Of a stretch of DNA of 46,907 nt, positions 10,234-20,294 are shown piece by piece. The stretch is taken from positions 1 through 46,907 of the forward strand of contig JAUNCP010000001.1 of NCBI GenBank assembly GCA_030526535.1. Direction: 5' to 3'. Every line of letters begins with the position of its first letter. The stretch's first letter is position 1. The notes beneath the pieces are model-generated. The model was not told the DNA's origin. It ran no database searches and saw only the letters and a program-made list of their open reading frames with translations. A program made the position numbers and the translations under genes. This DNA is from Clostridia bacterium (GTDB lineage: Bacteria > Bacillota > Clostridia > Oscillospirales > Acutalibacteraceae).

Positions 10234-12324
10234 CTATACACTAAAAAGAATATCTTCATATGTCGGATACGGCCAATATTCTTTCGGCATTATGGTTTCC
10301 GCTTCATCAACAAGAATTCTGACTTTATTCATAGTTTCTAAAACAATATCTTTATATTTATTAGCACACTCGGAAATATCTGAAATCTTATTTGCATCTT
10401 TATCTTGAATATAAAGCTTATTTACAGATTTATATATGCTTGACGATATATCACTTAGTCTTTTTAATGTCTCTGTTTCGTAAATCAAAGTAAAACCTAA
10501 ATTGCATTTATTATTTACAGATAAAGATTTATTTAATTTATACATATATTTACTAATTGCGGGCAGTATCTCACTATTTATCATACTGACCATAGCTTTT
10601 GCTTCTATATGAACTATCTTACAATAATTGCTCATGTGAATTTCATATCGAGAAATAAGCTCACGCTTAGAAAGGACCTTGTGCGTTTCAAAAAGCTTGA
10701 TATTTTTTTCATCTAAAGAACGTTCAAGAGCATCTACTGTCGTTTTTAAACTGTACAGGCCACGCTTTTTAGCCTCTTCTTCCCATTCTTTCGAATAACT
10801 ATTGCCATTAAATATAACTCGTTTGTGTTTCTTTATAGTTTCTATAAACAAAGAATTTAATTTCGACGACGGATTTGACGATTTTTCAAGTTCGTCAGCA
10901 AATTCTTTTAATGCTTGTGCAACTATTGTGTTTAGTATCATGTTCGGAGAAGCTACAGATTGACTGGAACCCGCCATTCTGAATTCAAATTTATTTCCTG
11001 TAAATGCAAATGGCGATGTACGATTTCTGTCGGAGTTATCCTTCGGAAAATGCGGAAATACATTTAAGCCTATTTCAAAATTACCACTCCGCTTACTGGT
11101 ATAAATTTCACCATTTTCAATAGCGTTCAAAATTTTCATTATTTCATCGCCAAGATAAACAGAAACTATAGACGGCGGTGCTTCATTTCCGCCAAGACGA
11201 CAATCATTTCCGGCAGAGGAAATTGAAATTCTTAATAAATCGGCATATTCATCTACGGCCTTTATTGTGGCACACAAGAACGTTAAAAATTGTATATTGT
11301 CTTGTGGTGAATTTCCGGGATTAAGCAAGTTAATACCGGTATCAGATGATAAAGACCAGTTGTTGTGTTTTCCGCTTCCATTTATAGAATCGAAAGGTTT
11401 TTCGTGTAAAAGACAAACTAATCCATGTTTTTCGGCTGTGGTTTTTAACAATTCCATTATTATGTGATTTTGATCAGCGGCAAGATTGCAATATGTGTGA
11501 ATCTGTGCAACTTCATGCTGTGCTGGTGCAACTTCATTATGTTTGGTTTTAGAAGGAACGCCTAATTTCCAAAGTTCTTCATCTAAGTCTTTCATAAATT
11601 CCGCCACTCTGGGTTTCAGAGCGGCATAATAATGGTCTGACAAATCTTGTGCTTTTATTGGCTTGGCTCCAAACAAAGTTCTACCGCAAAAAATCAAATC
11701 ACGTCTTTTTTTATATACATCTTTATCTATCAAAAAATATTCCTGCTCTGCGCCCATGGTAGGGGTAACTTTTTTTATTTTATCATTTCCTAAAATTCTT
11801 AAAACTCTGAGCGATTGTTTATTAAGCGCATACATTGATTTTAAAAGAGGCGTTTTTTCATCCAAAACCTCTCCGCTATACGAACAAAAAAACGTCGGAA
11901 TGTACAGAGAATTATTTTTTATAAAAGGGTACGACGTCGGGTCCCAAGATGTATAACCTCTGGCTTCAAACGTAGCTCTCAATCCACCGGACGGCAGACT
12001 TGATGCGTCTGATTCGCCTTTTATAAGTTCTTTACTTGAAAAATTCATTTCCACTTTTCCGTCTGAATCAAAATTCAAAAAGCTATCGTGTTTTTCGGCT
12101 GTTATTTCGGTTAATGGTTGAAACCAATGAGTATAATGTGTTGCGCCTCGTTCTAATGCCCATTCTTTCATCGCTTGAGCTACAACTTCACCGATTTTTG
12201 AATCAACAGGAGAATTTTCTTTTATTGCTTTTTTTAAGTCAGAATAAACTTGCGCAGGTAATCTTTTTTTCATTTCCTCATCGTTAAAAAGCATACTTGC
12301 GTACATTTCAGGAATATTTGTCAT
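10234..12324 (-). CDS. glnN: glutamine synthetase type III
   Basis: ~700 aa with an N-terminal MFNDEEMKKRLP..VY..L pattern, and core motifs (GAEQEYFLID; NGSGKHNNWS; NRTSPFAFTGNKFEFR) typical of GSIII. Confidence 0.85.
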   Translation of the reverse strand: MTNIPEMYASMLFNDEEMKKRLPAQVYSDLKKAIKENSPVDSKIGEVVAQAMKEWALERGATHYTHWFQPLTEITAEKHDSFLNFDSDGKVEMNFSSKELIKGESDASSLPSGGLRATFEARGYTSWDPTSYPFIKNNSLYIPTFFCSYSGEVLDEKTPLLKSMYALNKQSLRVLRILGNDKIKKVTPTMGAEQEYFLIDKDVYKKRRDLIFCGRTLFGAKPIKAQDLSDHYYAALKPRVAEFMKDLDEELWKLGVPSKTKHNEVAPAQHEVAQIHTYCNLAADQNHIIMELLKTTAEKHGLVCLLHEKPFDSINGSGKHNNWSLSSDTGINLLNPGNSPQDNIQFLTFLCATIKAVDEYADLLRISISSAGNDCRLGGNEAPPSIVSVYLGDEIMKILNAIENGEIYTSKRSGNFEIGLNVFPHFPKDNSDRNRTSPFAFTGNKFEFRMAGSSQSVASPNMILNTIVAQALKEFADELEKSSNPSSKLNSLFIETIKKHKRVIFNGNSYSKEWEEEAKKRGLYSLKTTVDALERSLDEKNIKLFETHKVLSKRELISRYEIHMSNYCKIVHIEAKAMVSMINSEILPAISKYMYKLNKSLSVNNKCNLGFTLIYETETLKRLSDISSSIYKSVNKLYIQDKDANKISDISECANKYKDIVLETMNKVRILVDEAETIMPKEYWPYPTYEDILFSV

Positions 12325-12427
12325 AAAAAAACCTCTTTACATTATAGGATCATTTATTAAGATTATACATTACCGCTAAAAAACATTCAATTAAAAAAAT
12401 TTTAAGCCTAATCAAAGCACAAAAGTA

Positions 12428-12455
12428 TTGACAACAACAGAGAAATTGATATAAA
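12428..12455 (+). promoter_or_regulatory. sigma-A-type promoter for tRNA-Ser
   Basis: TTGACA (12428-12433), 16-nt spacer, TATAAA (12450-12455), about 20 nt upstream of the tRNA 5' end. Confidence 0.6.
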
Positions 12456-12476
12456 ATATCAGTACAGTATTAATAT

Positions 12477-12565
12477 GGAGCGGTATCGAAGTGGTCATAA
12501 CGGGGCTGACTCGAAATCAGTTTGCGGGCAACCGCACGTGGGTTCGAATCCCACCCGCTCCGCCA
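12477..12565 (+). tRNA. tRNA-Ser (anticodon CGA), CCA encoded
   Basis: Hand fold: acceptor GGAGCGG/CCGCTCC; anticodon stem GCTGA/TCAGT with loop CTCGAAA; long variable arm TGCGG-GCAA-CCGCA; T arm GTGGG-TTCGAAT-CCCAC. Confidence 0.9.
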
Positions 12566-12587
12566 TTTATATTTCTAATCACAAACG

Positions 12588-12615
12588 AATTTCTATTATT
12601 AGAAATTTTTTATTT
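12588..12615 (+). terminator. Rho-independent terminator after tRNA-Ser
   Basis: Stem aatttcta / tagaaatt with a 4-nt loop, followed by TTTTTATTT. Confidence 0.7.
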
Positions 12616-12653
12616 GGGGAATATGCCCATTACTGACATTTTATAATAATAAA

Positions 12654-12682
12654 TTGTCAGTATTTTATAAGTTTAGTATAAT
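12654..12682 (+). promoter_or_regulatory. sigma-A-type promoter of the leader-kinase gene
   Basis: TTGTCA (12654-12659), 17-nt spacer, TATAAT (12677-12682). GGAGG at 12700-12704 follows. Confidence 0.55.
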
Positions 12683-12705
12683 GTTAAGTAAAAAATTTAG
12701 GAGGG

Positions 12706-14040
12706 ATGGCTATGTACAAAGTAATATTGTTTTTTGAATTTTTAAAAAATAACAAGGAAATCTTAAAAGACGTAGATATCAATGATTTGAGTCTTAAAAA
12801 CGTAGAAGACAATATTGTACCATTGGCAAAAGAGAACGGATTTGAAATTAAAGCCAAAGATATTTTTAGATTTTTTAATGAGTATAGTGAATATTTAGAA
12901 AATGAAGCTAGCTTAATTGATGATAATAATCTAGAAAAAATTGCAGGTGGCATGTGTAATTTTAATAAAGTTATGGCAACAAGCTTTCTTTCTCTTACAG
13001 GACTTATCGGATCCATAGTCAACAATCAAGCATACGCTACTTCTGAAAATGAAAATTTATCGACTATAAAAAAATCTTCAATCAAAACCGTAAAAAGTCA
13101 AATTGACAATACTTTAAGTGATGCAGAAATAAAATATTATCAAGGAAAAATTGGCGAAGAGTACAAATTTGTAAGCAACAAAGGTATGAGTGGCTCTTTT
13201 GCAACTGCTTATAAACTTGAAGACAAAAATGGAAACGAATTTGTTTTAAAAATATCAAATAACCCAGAAAATTCCGAACGGTGGATACAAAATCAAAAAA
13301 ATACAAACGAAAAAATCAAAAAATATTACAAAAATTATCGCGGAGAATTAAAAATCACAAATTATACCAAATTTGGCGATGATTTTGTTATTGAAGAATA
13401 TTTGGGAGAAAGAGTTAATTTCAACGAAAGTTATATAAAAGACAATCCAGAATACTTTGTGAATAGTATGGCTGAATTTTTTAAATACACTCATAAATGT
13501 GAAAAAACTGCTGGCATGTCAATTAATGACGCGTTGTTTAAACACATTAAATTAAATGATGTATATGAATATTTAGACAAAGCCAAAGCACTAAATGAAG
13601 AAGATAAAAAAATGCTAAGTAAATTAATAACCGATTTTGAAAATCGTGATAAAAGTGATGAAAATATTTGTTCTTTGGTTCACACAGATATAAGAGCTCA
13701 AAATATAGTTTATAATCCTAAAACAAAAAAATTCGCTTTAATTGATTTCGATTCTTTATTTGTTGGTGCGCCAATATATCTTAGTTTCACATCTAGAACA
13801 ATAGGTTCTTGTGGTATACCTTTTGAATTAATTTCAAAAACAATCGATAAATACAATGAGATTTCAGACATAAAAGTAAAAAAAGAAAAAGTCAGAGAAT
13901 TACACAAAATTGGCAATTTAATGGAACTTTATATGTGCTCAAAATACAGAGATCGTAATAGTAACGAATATATTCGTACCTATCTTTGGCCAAACATAAA
14001 GAGTCGCTTTCTAGCAATCGATAAAGGTTTCAAAAACTAA
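12706..14040 (+). CDS. Nif11-like/double-glycine leader domain fused to a hydrophobic segment and an APH/choline-kinase/CotS-fold phosphotransferase domain
   Basis: aa 1-82 end in ...LIDDNNLEKIAGG after ...IVPLAKENGFEIKAKDI (Nif11-type leader pattern). Then MCNFNKVMATSFLSLTGLIGSIVNNQAYA (signal/TM-like). Kinase motifs: KGMSGSFATAY, FVLKI, LVHTDIRAQNIVY, LIDFD. RBS spacing favours the ATG at 12712. Confidence 0.7.
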   Translation: MAMYKVILFFEFLKNNKEILKDVDINDLSLKNVEDNIVPLAKENGFEIKAKDIFRFFNEYSEYLENEASLIDDNNLEKIAGGMCNFNKVMATSFLSLTGLIGSIVNNQAYATSENENLSTIKKSSIKTVKSQIDNTLSDAEIKYYQGKIGEEYKFVSNKGMSGSFATAYKLEDKNGNEFVLKISNNPENSERWIQNQKNTNEKIKKYYKNYRGELKITNYTKFGDDFVIEEYLGERVNFNESYIKDNPEYFVNSMAEFFKYTHKCEKTAGMSINDALFKHIKLNDVYEYLDKAKALNEEDKKMLSKLITDFENRDKSDENICSLVHTDIRAQNIVYNPKTKKFALIDFDSLFVGAPIYLSFTSRTIGSCGIPFELISKTIDKYNEISDIKVKKEKVRELHKIGNLMELYMCSKYRDRNSNEYIRTYLWPNIKSRFLAIDKGFKN

Positions 14041-14099
14041 TTTTAACTTTTATTCATTGAATAACTAAACGTTAATTGATATCATAGTCATCGAGATTA

Positions 14100-14468
14100 T
14101 TGACTATGATATTTATTTTAGGAATGATTTTTATTTCTTTAGCAGGGAGCGTTTTACATTTCGCTTACGAAGGAAGCGGTCACAATAAAGTTGTGTCTAT
14201 TTTTAGTACGGTTAACGAAAGTACCTGGGAACACATTAAAATCGCTCTTACTCCAACTTTTCTTTGGAATATTTTAGACGTGCTGATTTATTTTTCTAAT
14301 CCGAACTATCTTTTGGCAAAATTTTTAAGTTTACTAACAATTTTGTTAGCAATACCAATGCTTTTTTATACTTATACATTATTCACTAAAAAAGCAGATG
14401 TATGGTTATTTGTCATATGTCTCTTTTTTACTGTTTGTAACATATCAATTGTAATCCTACGGTTTTAA
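14100..14468 (+). CDS. small polytopic membrane protein (DUF6512-like)
   Basis: The pattern LHFAYEGSGHN..VSIFSTVNESTWEHIKI plus four hydrophobic helices resembles that family from memory. The start is ambiguous (14100, 14106 or 14124). Confidence 0.5.
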   Translation: MTMIFILGMIFISLAGSVLHFAYEGSGHNKVVSIFSTVNESTWEHIKIALTPTFLWNILDVLIYFSNPNYLLAKFLSLLTILLAIPMLFYTYTLFTKKADVWLFVICLFFTVCNISIVILRF

Positions 14469-14490
14469 ACACTTGCAGTATAAAATAAAG

Positions 14491-14519
14491 TTGAATTTAG
14501 AATGAAAACAGTGTATAAT
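14491..14519 (+). promoter_or_regulatory. sigma-A-type promoter upstream of tdk
   Basis: TTGAAT (14491-14496), 17-nt spacer, TATAAT (14514-14519). Confidence 0.5.
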
Positions 14520-14556
14520 TTTTTATATTAAATTATTGATACGGAGAGAATATTTC

Positions 14557-15117
14557 ATGAAAATGTATTTCTACTACGGCGTTATGGGTTCGAGCAAGAC
14601 CGCAAACGCCTTAATGAAAAAATTTAATTTCGAAGAACGAGGAAGAACTGTTGCTCTGTTAAAACCTAGCTTTGACACTCGCAACGGAAAAACTTTAATA
14701 AAATCAAGAATAGGACTTTCAAGTGAAGCTTTTTATTTAGATAGAAATGTTTCAATAAAAGAGACGCTCGGAGATTATAAAAAGTACAATACAATAATGG
14801 TAGATGAAGCTCAGTTTATGTCTGCCGAGCAAGTTGATGAACTTCGTGAGTTTGCAGACAATAATGTTATGGTAATGTGCTACGGACTTAAAACAGACTA
14901 TACCGGAAAACTTTTCGAGGGTAGCAAACGCATAATTGAGGTCAGCGATACTATAAGAGAAATACAATCAATGTGTAGCAAATGCGGTAAAAAAGCCATT
15001 GTAAACGCAAGATACAGCGGAAATAAAATAATATACAGTGGGAACATAATAGACATAGGTGGCGAAGACAAATATATATCTCTTTGCCACAAGTGCTGGA
15101 CAAAAGGTACAATTTAA
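14557..15117 (+). CDS. tdk: thymidine kinase
   Basis: P-loop GVMGSSKT, VDEAQF, and the zinc ribbon CSKCGKKA...LCHKCW. GGAGAG RBS favours ATG 14557 over the track start 14536. Confidence 0.9.
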   Translation: MKMYFYYGVMGSSKTANALMKKFNFEERGRTVALLKPSFDTRNGKTLIKSRIGLSSEAFYLDRNVSIKETLGDYKKYNTIMVDEAQFMSAEQVDELREFADNNVMVMCYGLKTDYTGKLFEGSKRIIEVSDTIREIQSMCSKCGKKAIVNARYSGNKIIYSGNIIDIGGEDKYISLCHKCWTKGTI

Positions 15118-15145
15118 AGAGCAAAAATTAAGGAGTAAAAAATAA

Positions 15146-16510
15146 TTGGCAAATAATGATATTTTGGAACAAAATTTTGACGGATTTAAATCACAGTACA
15201 GTTTAGAAGCGGAGCAATCGGTTTTAGGTGCAATTCTTATCAATTCCGATTGCTTGAATAAAGTTGCCGAGATTTTAATACATTCAGACTATTTTTATCT
15301 TGCCAATCATAAAGTTATATATTCCATAATGTTGGATTTGTTTACTTTGGGGCAGCCTGTAGATTACATAACCGTTCTCGATAAGATAAAGTCCAATAAT
15401 GAATCTGACTATTTGAATTTTAAATCATATTTACTTGAACTGGCGCAAATAGTTCCAACAACTTCTAATATAGAATTTTATGCCGATATCGTACGAGATA
15501 AATATAATTTAAGAAATTTAGTAAATACCGCAAGAGAAATAATAAATGACGCTTCCAGCGGGAATGTAGATTCTTCGGAGCTTTTAAATTCTGCCGAACA
15601 GAAAATTTTTGATATCAGAAGAGGAAAGGAAACTCGAGGATTACAAAGAGTCAACGAAATAGTTGTCAAAACGTTCGATAGATTGGATACTCTAAATTCT
15701 CAACCAAACGGAGAATATTTGGGAATTTCAACCGGTATAAAGGACCTTGACAGAGTCATAATGGGACTTAATAAAAGCGACTTAATACTCTTAGCCGCTC
15801 GACCGGGTATGGGAAAAACCAGCTTCGCATTAAATATTGCCGAATATGCCTCTACAATAAAAAACAAAAAAGTTGCGTTCTTTTCTCTTGAAATGTCAAA
15901 AGAACAGCTTGTTTCCAGAATGCTGTCTGCAATAGGTCAAATTTCAGGACAAAATTTGCGCATGGGTTCACTAAATGATAAAGAATGGGAACGACTAATT
16001 GAAGCGGGCGATATATTATCTAAATCTCAAATTTATATAGATGATACCCCTGGAGTTACTATACCGGAAATGAAAGCAAAGTTAAGAAGGCTTGGAAATG
16101 TAGATTTAGTAATAATCGATTATTTACAACTTATGTCCAGCGCCAAAAGAATAGATAATCGTGTCCAAGAAATTTCTGAAATAACTCGTAATCTTAAAAT
16201 TATGGCAAAAGAAATCGATGTACCGGTTGTAACGCTTTCTCAGCTCTCAAGAGCAAGTGAACAAAGAAATGACCACAGACCGGTACTGTCCGACCTTCGT
16301 GATTCGGGTTCTATAGAGCAGGATGCGGATATTGTTTTATTTTTATACAGAGAGGGATATTACGATTCCGGAAATGTCGATGAAAATCAAAATAAAAATC
16401 TCGGAGAATGTATTGTTGCCAAAAATCGCCATGGCGAAACTCGTTCAATTCAACTTCACTGGCAAGGAGAATTTATGAGATTTACCGGCTTGGAGGTTAG
16501 AAAAAATTGA
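15146..16510 (+). CDS. dnaB: replicative DNA helicase
   Basis: SLEAEQSVLGAIL N-terminus, Walker A ARPGMGKTSFAL, IIDYLQLM, LSQLSR and SGSIEQDADIV motifs. Confidence 0.92.
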   Translation: MANNDILEQNFDGFKSQYSLEAEQSVLGAILINSDCLNKVAEILIHSDYFYLANHKVIYSIMLDLFTLGQPVDYITVLDKIKSNNESDYLNFKSYLLELAQIVPTTSNIEFYADIVRDKYNLRNLVNTAREIINDASSGNVDSSELLNSAEQKIFDIRRGKETRGLQRVNEIVVKTFDRLDTLNSQPNGEYLGISTGIKDLDRVIMGLNKSDLILLAARPGMGKTSFALNIAEYASTIKNKKVAFFSLEMSKEQLVSRMLSAIGQISGQNLRMGSLNDKEWERLIEAGDILSKSQIYIDDTPGVTIPEMKAKLRRLGNVDLVIIDYLQLMSSAKRIDNRVQEISEITRNLKIMAKEIDVPVVTLSQLSRASEQRNDHRPVLSDLRDSGSIEQDADIVLFLYREGYYDSGNVDENQNKNLGECIVAKNRHGETRSIQLHWQGEFMRFTGLEVRKN

Positions 16511-17874
16511 TTTCAAAGGCACTTAATACAATAAATCGATATGAAATGTTAAAGAATACAAAAAAAATAATAGTTGGCTTCTCAGGCGGTGCGGATTCTT
16601 CTGCGTTGCTGCATTTTCTTTTTGTACATGCAAGTAATTTCGGAAAAAATTTTATTGTCGAAGCAGTGCATATAAATCACAATCTTCGTGGCGAAGAATC
16701 TTTGCGTGATGAACTGTCATCGAAAGAATTTTGCAAAAAATTAAACATAAAATTGCATATAAAAAAAATAGACGTTCGAAAAATATCTGAAACTAAAAAA
16801 ATTGGAGAGGAAGAAGCGGGAAGAATTGCAAGATATGAGATTTTTAAAAGATTATCTTGTGAAAATGGTTGTAAAATCGCAACAGCTCATACCTTGTCTG
16901 ACAATTGTGAAACGTTTATCTTAAATTTATTACGCGGTGCATCAATAAAAGGACTTTGCGGAATTCCACCAATAAGAGACAATATAATTCGCCCTCTCAT
17001 TTCTGTATCAAGACAAGAAATTGAAGATTATTGCAAAATTAACAATATAAAATATATAGACGACAGTTCCAACTTTACTAGAAACTACACAAGAAATAAA
17101 GTACGCTTGGATATCATTCCGTTATTAAAAAATATAAATCCAAACTTCGAATCATCTTTAAATCGAACGATAAATACTTTAAAAAAAGATTCAGAATACT
17201 TGGAAAAAATTTCGAATAAATCTTTCTATTCAATAAAAAATTTCGGAAATTACAATATAAACAATTTAAAAGCGCTCCCTGAATGCATACAAAACAGAGT
17301 AATCGGAAAAATTATAAGAGAAAATATAAAAGATAAACCTTTGGAGCAAAAGCATATTTATTTGGTTAAAAATTTTTTGGATAATAAAAAAAATATAATT
17401 TTACCGAATAATTCACAAATTTATTTTGAAAACGGATTTTTAAAAATCAGTAAAGTGGTAAACAATCAAAAAGAACCATTTAACCCTTGGAGTTTTAATC
17501 TAAAAGCTGAAAATAACTTGACACAAATAGGTTTGAATATCATAATTAAAATAATGCCGATTTCCGAATACAGAGTTTTACATAAAAAATTAAATTCAAA
17601 AAATGTGTTCGATTTTGATAAAATTTCTTCATCGGCAATTATAAGAAATCGACGTCAGGGAGATAAATTTCAATTGCCGTTTCGAAATATTACTAAGAGC
17701 TTAAAAAAGCTTCTAAATGAGTTAAAAATACCTGTAAATTTGCGCAACAACTTACCTATAATTGAAGATAAAGGCGAAATCGTTTGGATTGATAAAATAG
17801 GAACATCGAACAAATATATTCTAAGTTCAAGTACTAAAAATGTTGCTGTGGTAGAGGAGAAAAATTTAATATGA
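16507..17874 (+). CDS. tilS: tRNA(Ile)-lysidine synthetase
   Basis: PP-loop GFSGGADS, HINHNLRG and AHTLSDNCETFILNLLRG motifs. Overlaps the dnaB stop and the hpt start. Confidence 0.88.
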   Translation: MISKALNTINRYEMLKNTKKIIVGFSGGADSSALLHFLFVHASNFGKNFIVEAVHINHNLRGEESLRDELSSKEFCKKLNIKLHIKKIDVRKISETKKIGEEEAGRIARYEIFKRLSCENGCKIATAHTLSDNCETFILNLLRGASIKGLCGIPPIRDNIIRPLISVSRQEIEDYCKINNIKYIDDSSNFTRNYTRNKVRLDIIPLLKNINPNFESSLNRTINTLKKDSEYLEKISNKSFYSIKNFGNYNINNLKALPECIQNRVIGKIIRENIKDKPLEQKHIYLVKNFLDNKKNIILPNNSQIYFENGFLKISKVVNNQKEPFNPWSFNLKAENNLTQIGLNIIIKIMPISEYRVLHKKLNSKNVFDFDKISSSAIIRNRRQGDKFQLPFRNITKSLKKLLNELKIPVNLRNNLPIIEDKGEIVWIDKIGTSNKYILSSSTKNVAVVEEKNLI

Positions 17875-18395
17875 ATAATTGCATAAGCGAAATAATTTTA
17901 ACCGAACATGATTTGCAAAATACAGTTAAATCATTGGGTGAACAAATAACAAAGGATTATAAAGGAAAAAAATTATTGCTTGTAGCTCTACTGAAGGGTT
18001 CTGTCATTTTCTTAACAGATTTAATGAGAAGTATAAAATTAGATTGCAAAATTGATTTTATGGTAGTTTCAAGTTATACGGGAACACAAAACGGTGGCGG
18101 AAATGTAAATATTTTAAAAGATTTGTCTATGGATATAACCGATTTAGACATTTTGATTGTCGAAGATATAATTGAAAGCGGATACACATTAAATTGCGTA
18201 ATTGAAATGATTAAGCTTAAAAATCCAAACAGTATAGAAATTTGCACTTTATTAGATAAACCTCAAAAAAGAGAAGTTGATATATCGGCAAAATACGTAG
18301 GAAAAGTTATACCGGATAAATTTGTAATCGGATACGGACTTGATTATAATGAAATCTATAGAAATTTACCATTTGTCGGCGTTTTAAATCCGTAA
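17871..18395 (+). CDS. hpt: hypoxanthine phosphoribosyltransferase
   Basis: PRPP motif ILIVEDIIESGYTL, and the conserved tilS-hpt-ftsH synteny. Confidence 0.9.
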   Translation: MNNCISEIILTEHDLQNTVKSLGEQITKDYKGKKLLLVALLKGSVIFLTDLMRSIKLDCKIDFMVVSSYTGTQNGGGNVNILKDLSMDITDLDILIVEDIIESGYTLNCVIEMIKLKNPNSIEICTLLDKPQKREVDISAKYVGKVIPDKFVIGYGLDYNEIYRNLPFVGVLNP

Positions 18396-18434
18396 AAAAT
18401 ATAATAAATATTTTTAATAAGGAGTGAAATAATT

Positions 18435-20270
18435 TTGGATAATAATAAAAATAAATCGATTAAAGGTATTTTAGCGTTTTTAGGATTACCATTGCTGATA
18501 ATATTAATTTTTTTGATAATTAACGGACTTAGTCCGGTACAGACCTATAATTACTCAGAAATACTGGATAAATTCAAAACATATCAGGTTACTGCATATG
18601 AAATGAATCTTGGCTCCGGAAATATGGAAATAACATTACAGAATAACGAAAAAATTTATTATACTGCTCCAAGCGTTAACTTGATATACTCTGACATCAA
18701 GGAATATGTAGAAAAATACAATGAGAAAAATCCGGACTCCCCTATGACCTATAATCTAGTAAAACCTGCCGATACTTCTTGGTTTATGAATTCTTTTTCT
18801 CTTGTAATACTTCCGGTTTTAATTTTGTGCTTTATCGGATGGATGTTTTTGAGAAGAATTACTTCTATGGGAGACCCTGGTCGACAGATTGGTTTTGGTA
18901 AGGCCAAAACTAAAAATTTGACTGATAACAAGAAGAAAATACTTTTCTCTGATGTTGCTGGAGCAGATGAAGAAAAAGAAGAACTTAAAGAAGTTGTAGA
19001 TTTTCTAAAAAACCCAAAAAAATATACGGAACTCGGCGCAAGAATTCCGAAAGGGACTTTACTTTTTGGCCCTCCGGGAACAGGAAAAACTTTACTTGCT
19101 CGTGCTGTTGCGGGAGAAGCAGATGTGAAATTTTTGTCAGTTTCGGGTTCGGATTTTGTAGAAATGTATGTTGGTGTTGGTGCTTCTCGTGTCAGAGATT
19201 TGTTTGAGCAGGCAAAAAAAAATACCCCTTGTGTAATATTTATAGATGAAATTGATGCTGTAGGAAGAAAACGTGGCACCGGAACAGGCGGTGGAAATGA
19301 TGAAAGAGAGCAAACATTAAATCAAATTCTCGTTGAAATGGATGGATTCGAGGCAAACGAAAACGTTATAGTTATTGCTGCAACAAATAGAGCTGATGTT
19401 CTCGATGATGCTCTCACACGTCCCGGAAGATTTGACAGACAAATTTATATAGGTTATCCCGACATAAAAGGACGTGAAGAAATTTTAAAAGTTCACGCAA
19501 AAGGGAAACCATTCGCTCCAAGCGTAAAATTAAAAACAATAGCCAAAGAAACAGCCGGTTTTACCGGAGCAGACATCGAAAATTTACTAAATGAATCTGC
19601 AATTTTAACAGTAAAACGTGGATTAAAAGCTATTACGATGGACGAAATAGAAGAATCAATTATAAAAATTTCAGCAGGAACTGAAAAGAAATCGAGAGTA
19701 ATAAGCGAAAAAGAAAAACGTGAAACCGCATATCATGAGTCAGGTCATGCAATAGCCACTTACTTTTGCAAAACTCAAGATAAAGTTCATCAAATTTCCA
19801 TTATACCTACAGGGAAAGCTCTTGGATATACTTTACACTTACCGGAAAAAGATAAAATGTGCAAATTTAAAAAAGAAATGTTAGAAAGCATAGTTGTATT
19901 ACTCGGAGGAATTGTGGCAGAAAAAATCATGTTGAATGATACCTCGACAGGTGCATCAAATGACCTCGAAAGAGCAACCAGAACGGCAAAATTAATGGTA
20001 ACTAAGTTTGGTATGAGCAATGGTCTCGGCCCGTCTGTCTATGGCTCCGAAAACGGCGGAAATGACGTTTTAAGTTATTATTCCGAAGCGACCGCCGCAA
20101 AAATAGATGAAGAAATTCGTAATATTATTTCTGAATGCTACAACAAAACACAAAGCATATTAAAAAATAACATTGACAAGATAAAAAAAATAACAGAGTT
20201 TTTAGTTCTAAATGAAAAAATGAACTCAAGCCAATTTGAAGCCATAATGATGGAAAGCTTACCAGAATAA
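18435..20270 (+). CDS. ftsH: ATP-dependent zinc metalloprotease FtsH
   Basis: Two N-terminal TM segments, AAA+ Walker A GPPGTGKT, Walker [13 protein letters not shown] region, and HESGHAI zinc motif. Confidence 0.95.
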   Translation: MDNNKNKSIKGILAFLGLPLLIILIFLIINGLSPVQTYNYSEILDKFKTYQVTAYEMNLGSGNMEITLQNNEKIYYTAPSVNLIYSDIKEYVEKYNEKNPDSPMTYNLVKPADTSWFMNSFSLVILPVLILCFIGWMFLRRITSMGDPGRQIGFGKAKTKNLTDNKKKILFSDVAGADEEKEELKEVVDFLKNPKKYTELGARIPKGTLLFGPPGTGKTLLARAVAGEADVKFLSVSGSDFVEMYVGVGASRVRDLFEQAKKNTPCVIFIDEIDAVGRKRGTGTGGGNDEREQTLNQILVEMDGFEANENVIVIAATNRADVLDDALTRPGRFDRQIYIGYPDIKGREEILKVHAKGKPFAPSVKLKTIAKETAGFTGADIENLLNESAILTVKRGLKAITMDEIEESIIKISAGTEKKSRVISEKEKRETAYHESGHAIATYFCKTQDKVHQISIIPTGKALGYTLHLPEKDKMCKFKKEMLESIVVLLGGIVAEKIMLNDTSTGASNDLERATRTAKLMVTKFGMSNGLGPSVYGSENGGNDVLSYYSEATAAKIDEEIRNIISECYNKTQSILKNNIDKIKKITEFLVLNEKMNSSQFEAIMMESLPE

Positions 20271-20294
20271 TAAATTTATAAAGGAGAAAAAATT

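Noticed and set aside
12477-12565. Long-variable-arm tRNA considered as a possible tRNA-Sec.
   Set aside because: The anticodon loop reads CTCGAAA (anticodon CGA, not TCA). The acceptor and T arms have ordinary 7/5 geometry. It is a class II tRNA-Ser.
12631-12662. 8-bp inverted repeat TACTGACA-N16-TGTCAGTA overlapping the -35 of the leader-kinase promoter, a possible operator.
   Set aside because: By my rough estimate, an 8-bp match within about 30 nt is expected by chance roughly once in an AT-rich spacer of this size. It is not strong enough to call without comparative data.
12566-14540. Possible integrated islet downstream of tRNA-Ser (leader-kinase plus small membrane protein).
   Set aside because: I found no direct repeat of the tRNA 3' end, and no integrase or recombinase remnant. 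Adjacency to a tRNA alone does not support a mobile element call.
18749-19279. Long antisense ORFs inside ftsH. Similar ones occur inside nfnA (8894-9436), htrA (20780-21265), prfA (44759-45202), tsaC (46078-46503), glnN, the folK region and others.
   Set aside because: Each lies opposite a gene with unmistakable conserved motifs. They lack RBSs and have low-complexity translations, as is typical of shadow ORFs.
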